Of a stretch of 64,000 nt of DNA, positions 63,988 to 64,000 are shown piece after piece (the stretch's first letter is position 1; each line of letters starts with the position of its first letter). Source of the DNA: a virus (taxonomy: Duplodnaviria > Heunggongvirae > Uroviricota > Caudoviricetes); the IMG/VR virus record IMGVR_UViG_3300038412_000041; one strand, written 5' to 3'. Below the pieces are notes generated by a model, which worked only from the letters and a program-made list of their open reading frames with translations, made no database searches and had not been told where the DNA came from. A program made the translations under genes and the position numbers.

Positions 63988-64000
63988 AAGAGGTACTTGT

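Noticed and set aside
1-64000. Prophage or mobile-element interpretation (integrase, att sites, transposase)
   Set aside because: No integrase, recombinase, transposase or repeat-flanked boundary is visible. The gene content reads as a virion-packaged lytic phage genome segment.

Overview
This window reads as a contiguous segment of a virulent double-stranded DNA phage genome: densely coding, short intergenic gaps, many overlapping start/stop codons, AT-rich by eye, with no tRNA, CRISPR array, integrase or phage RNA polymerase visible. Positions 1..12826 hold a minus-strand virion/structural module. It contains two tail-fibre paralogues that share an N-terminal anchor domain (the first runs off the window edge), several S/T/G/A-rich fibrous proteins with internal repeats, a ~353 aa major-capsid-protein candidate followed by a perfect 14-bp stem-loop, and a 510 aa acidic zinc-ribbon protein. 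A divergent control region at 12827..12952 separates this from about 51 kb of plus-strand early and middle genes. Recognisable products there include dCMP deaminase, a trimeric dUTPase, a ThyA-family enzyme, a DnaG-type primase, a gp32-like single-stranded-DNA-binding protein with a DIPF acidic tip, a RecA/UvsX-like recombinase, a sigma-70-family protein, HNH and DUF559-type endonucleases, and two glycosyltransferases (GT-B and GT9-like). There is also a nucleotide-signal 'eraser' island (NADAR, HD small-alarmone hydrolase, DHH/DHHA1, histidine phosphatase, FkbM methyltransferase, PD-(D/E)xK), a J-domain protein, and lipid/membrane-associated genes (an SPFH lipoprotein with a small coupled membrane partner, an acyl carrier protein, a class-3 lipase lipoprotein, a patatin). 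A further block encodes an HExxH peptidase, a BCS1-like AAA ATPase, a ParB-like protein and an HslV-like Ntn hydrolase. The most striking candidate for an undescribed system is a CmoA (carboxy-SAM synthase) homologue sitting two genes from a C5-cytosine DNA methyltransferase in which the near-invariant PCQ and GN motif residues are replaced by basic residues (PCK, GR). This suggests natural 5-carboxymethylcytosine DNA hypermodification, with an Asn-synthetase-like PP-loop enzyme nearby that might process the product further. Regulatory signals include a 17-nt motif repeated three times upstream of an array of small membrane-protein genes, a perfect sigma-70 consensus promoter followed 30 nt later by an intrinsic terminator (a possible ~65-nt small RNA), and a family of related motifs upstream of the late right-end transcription units.
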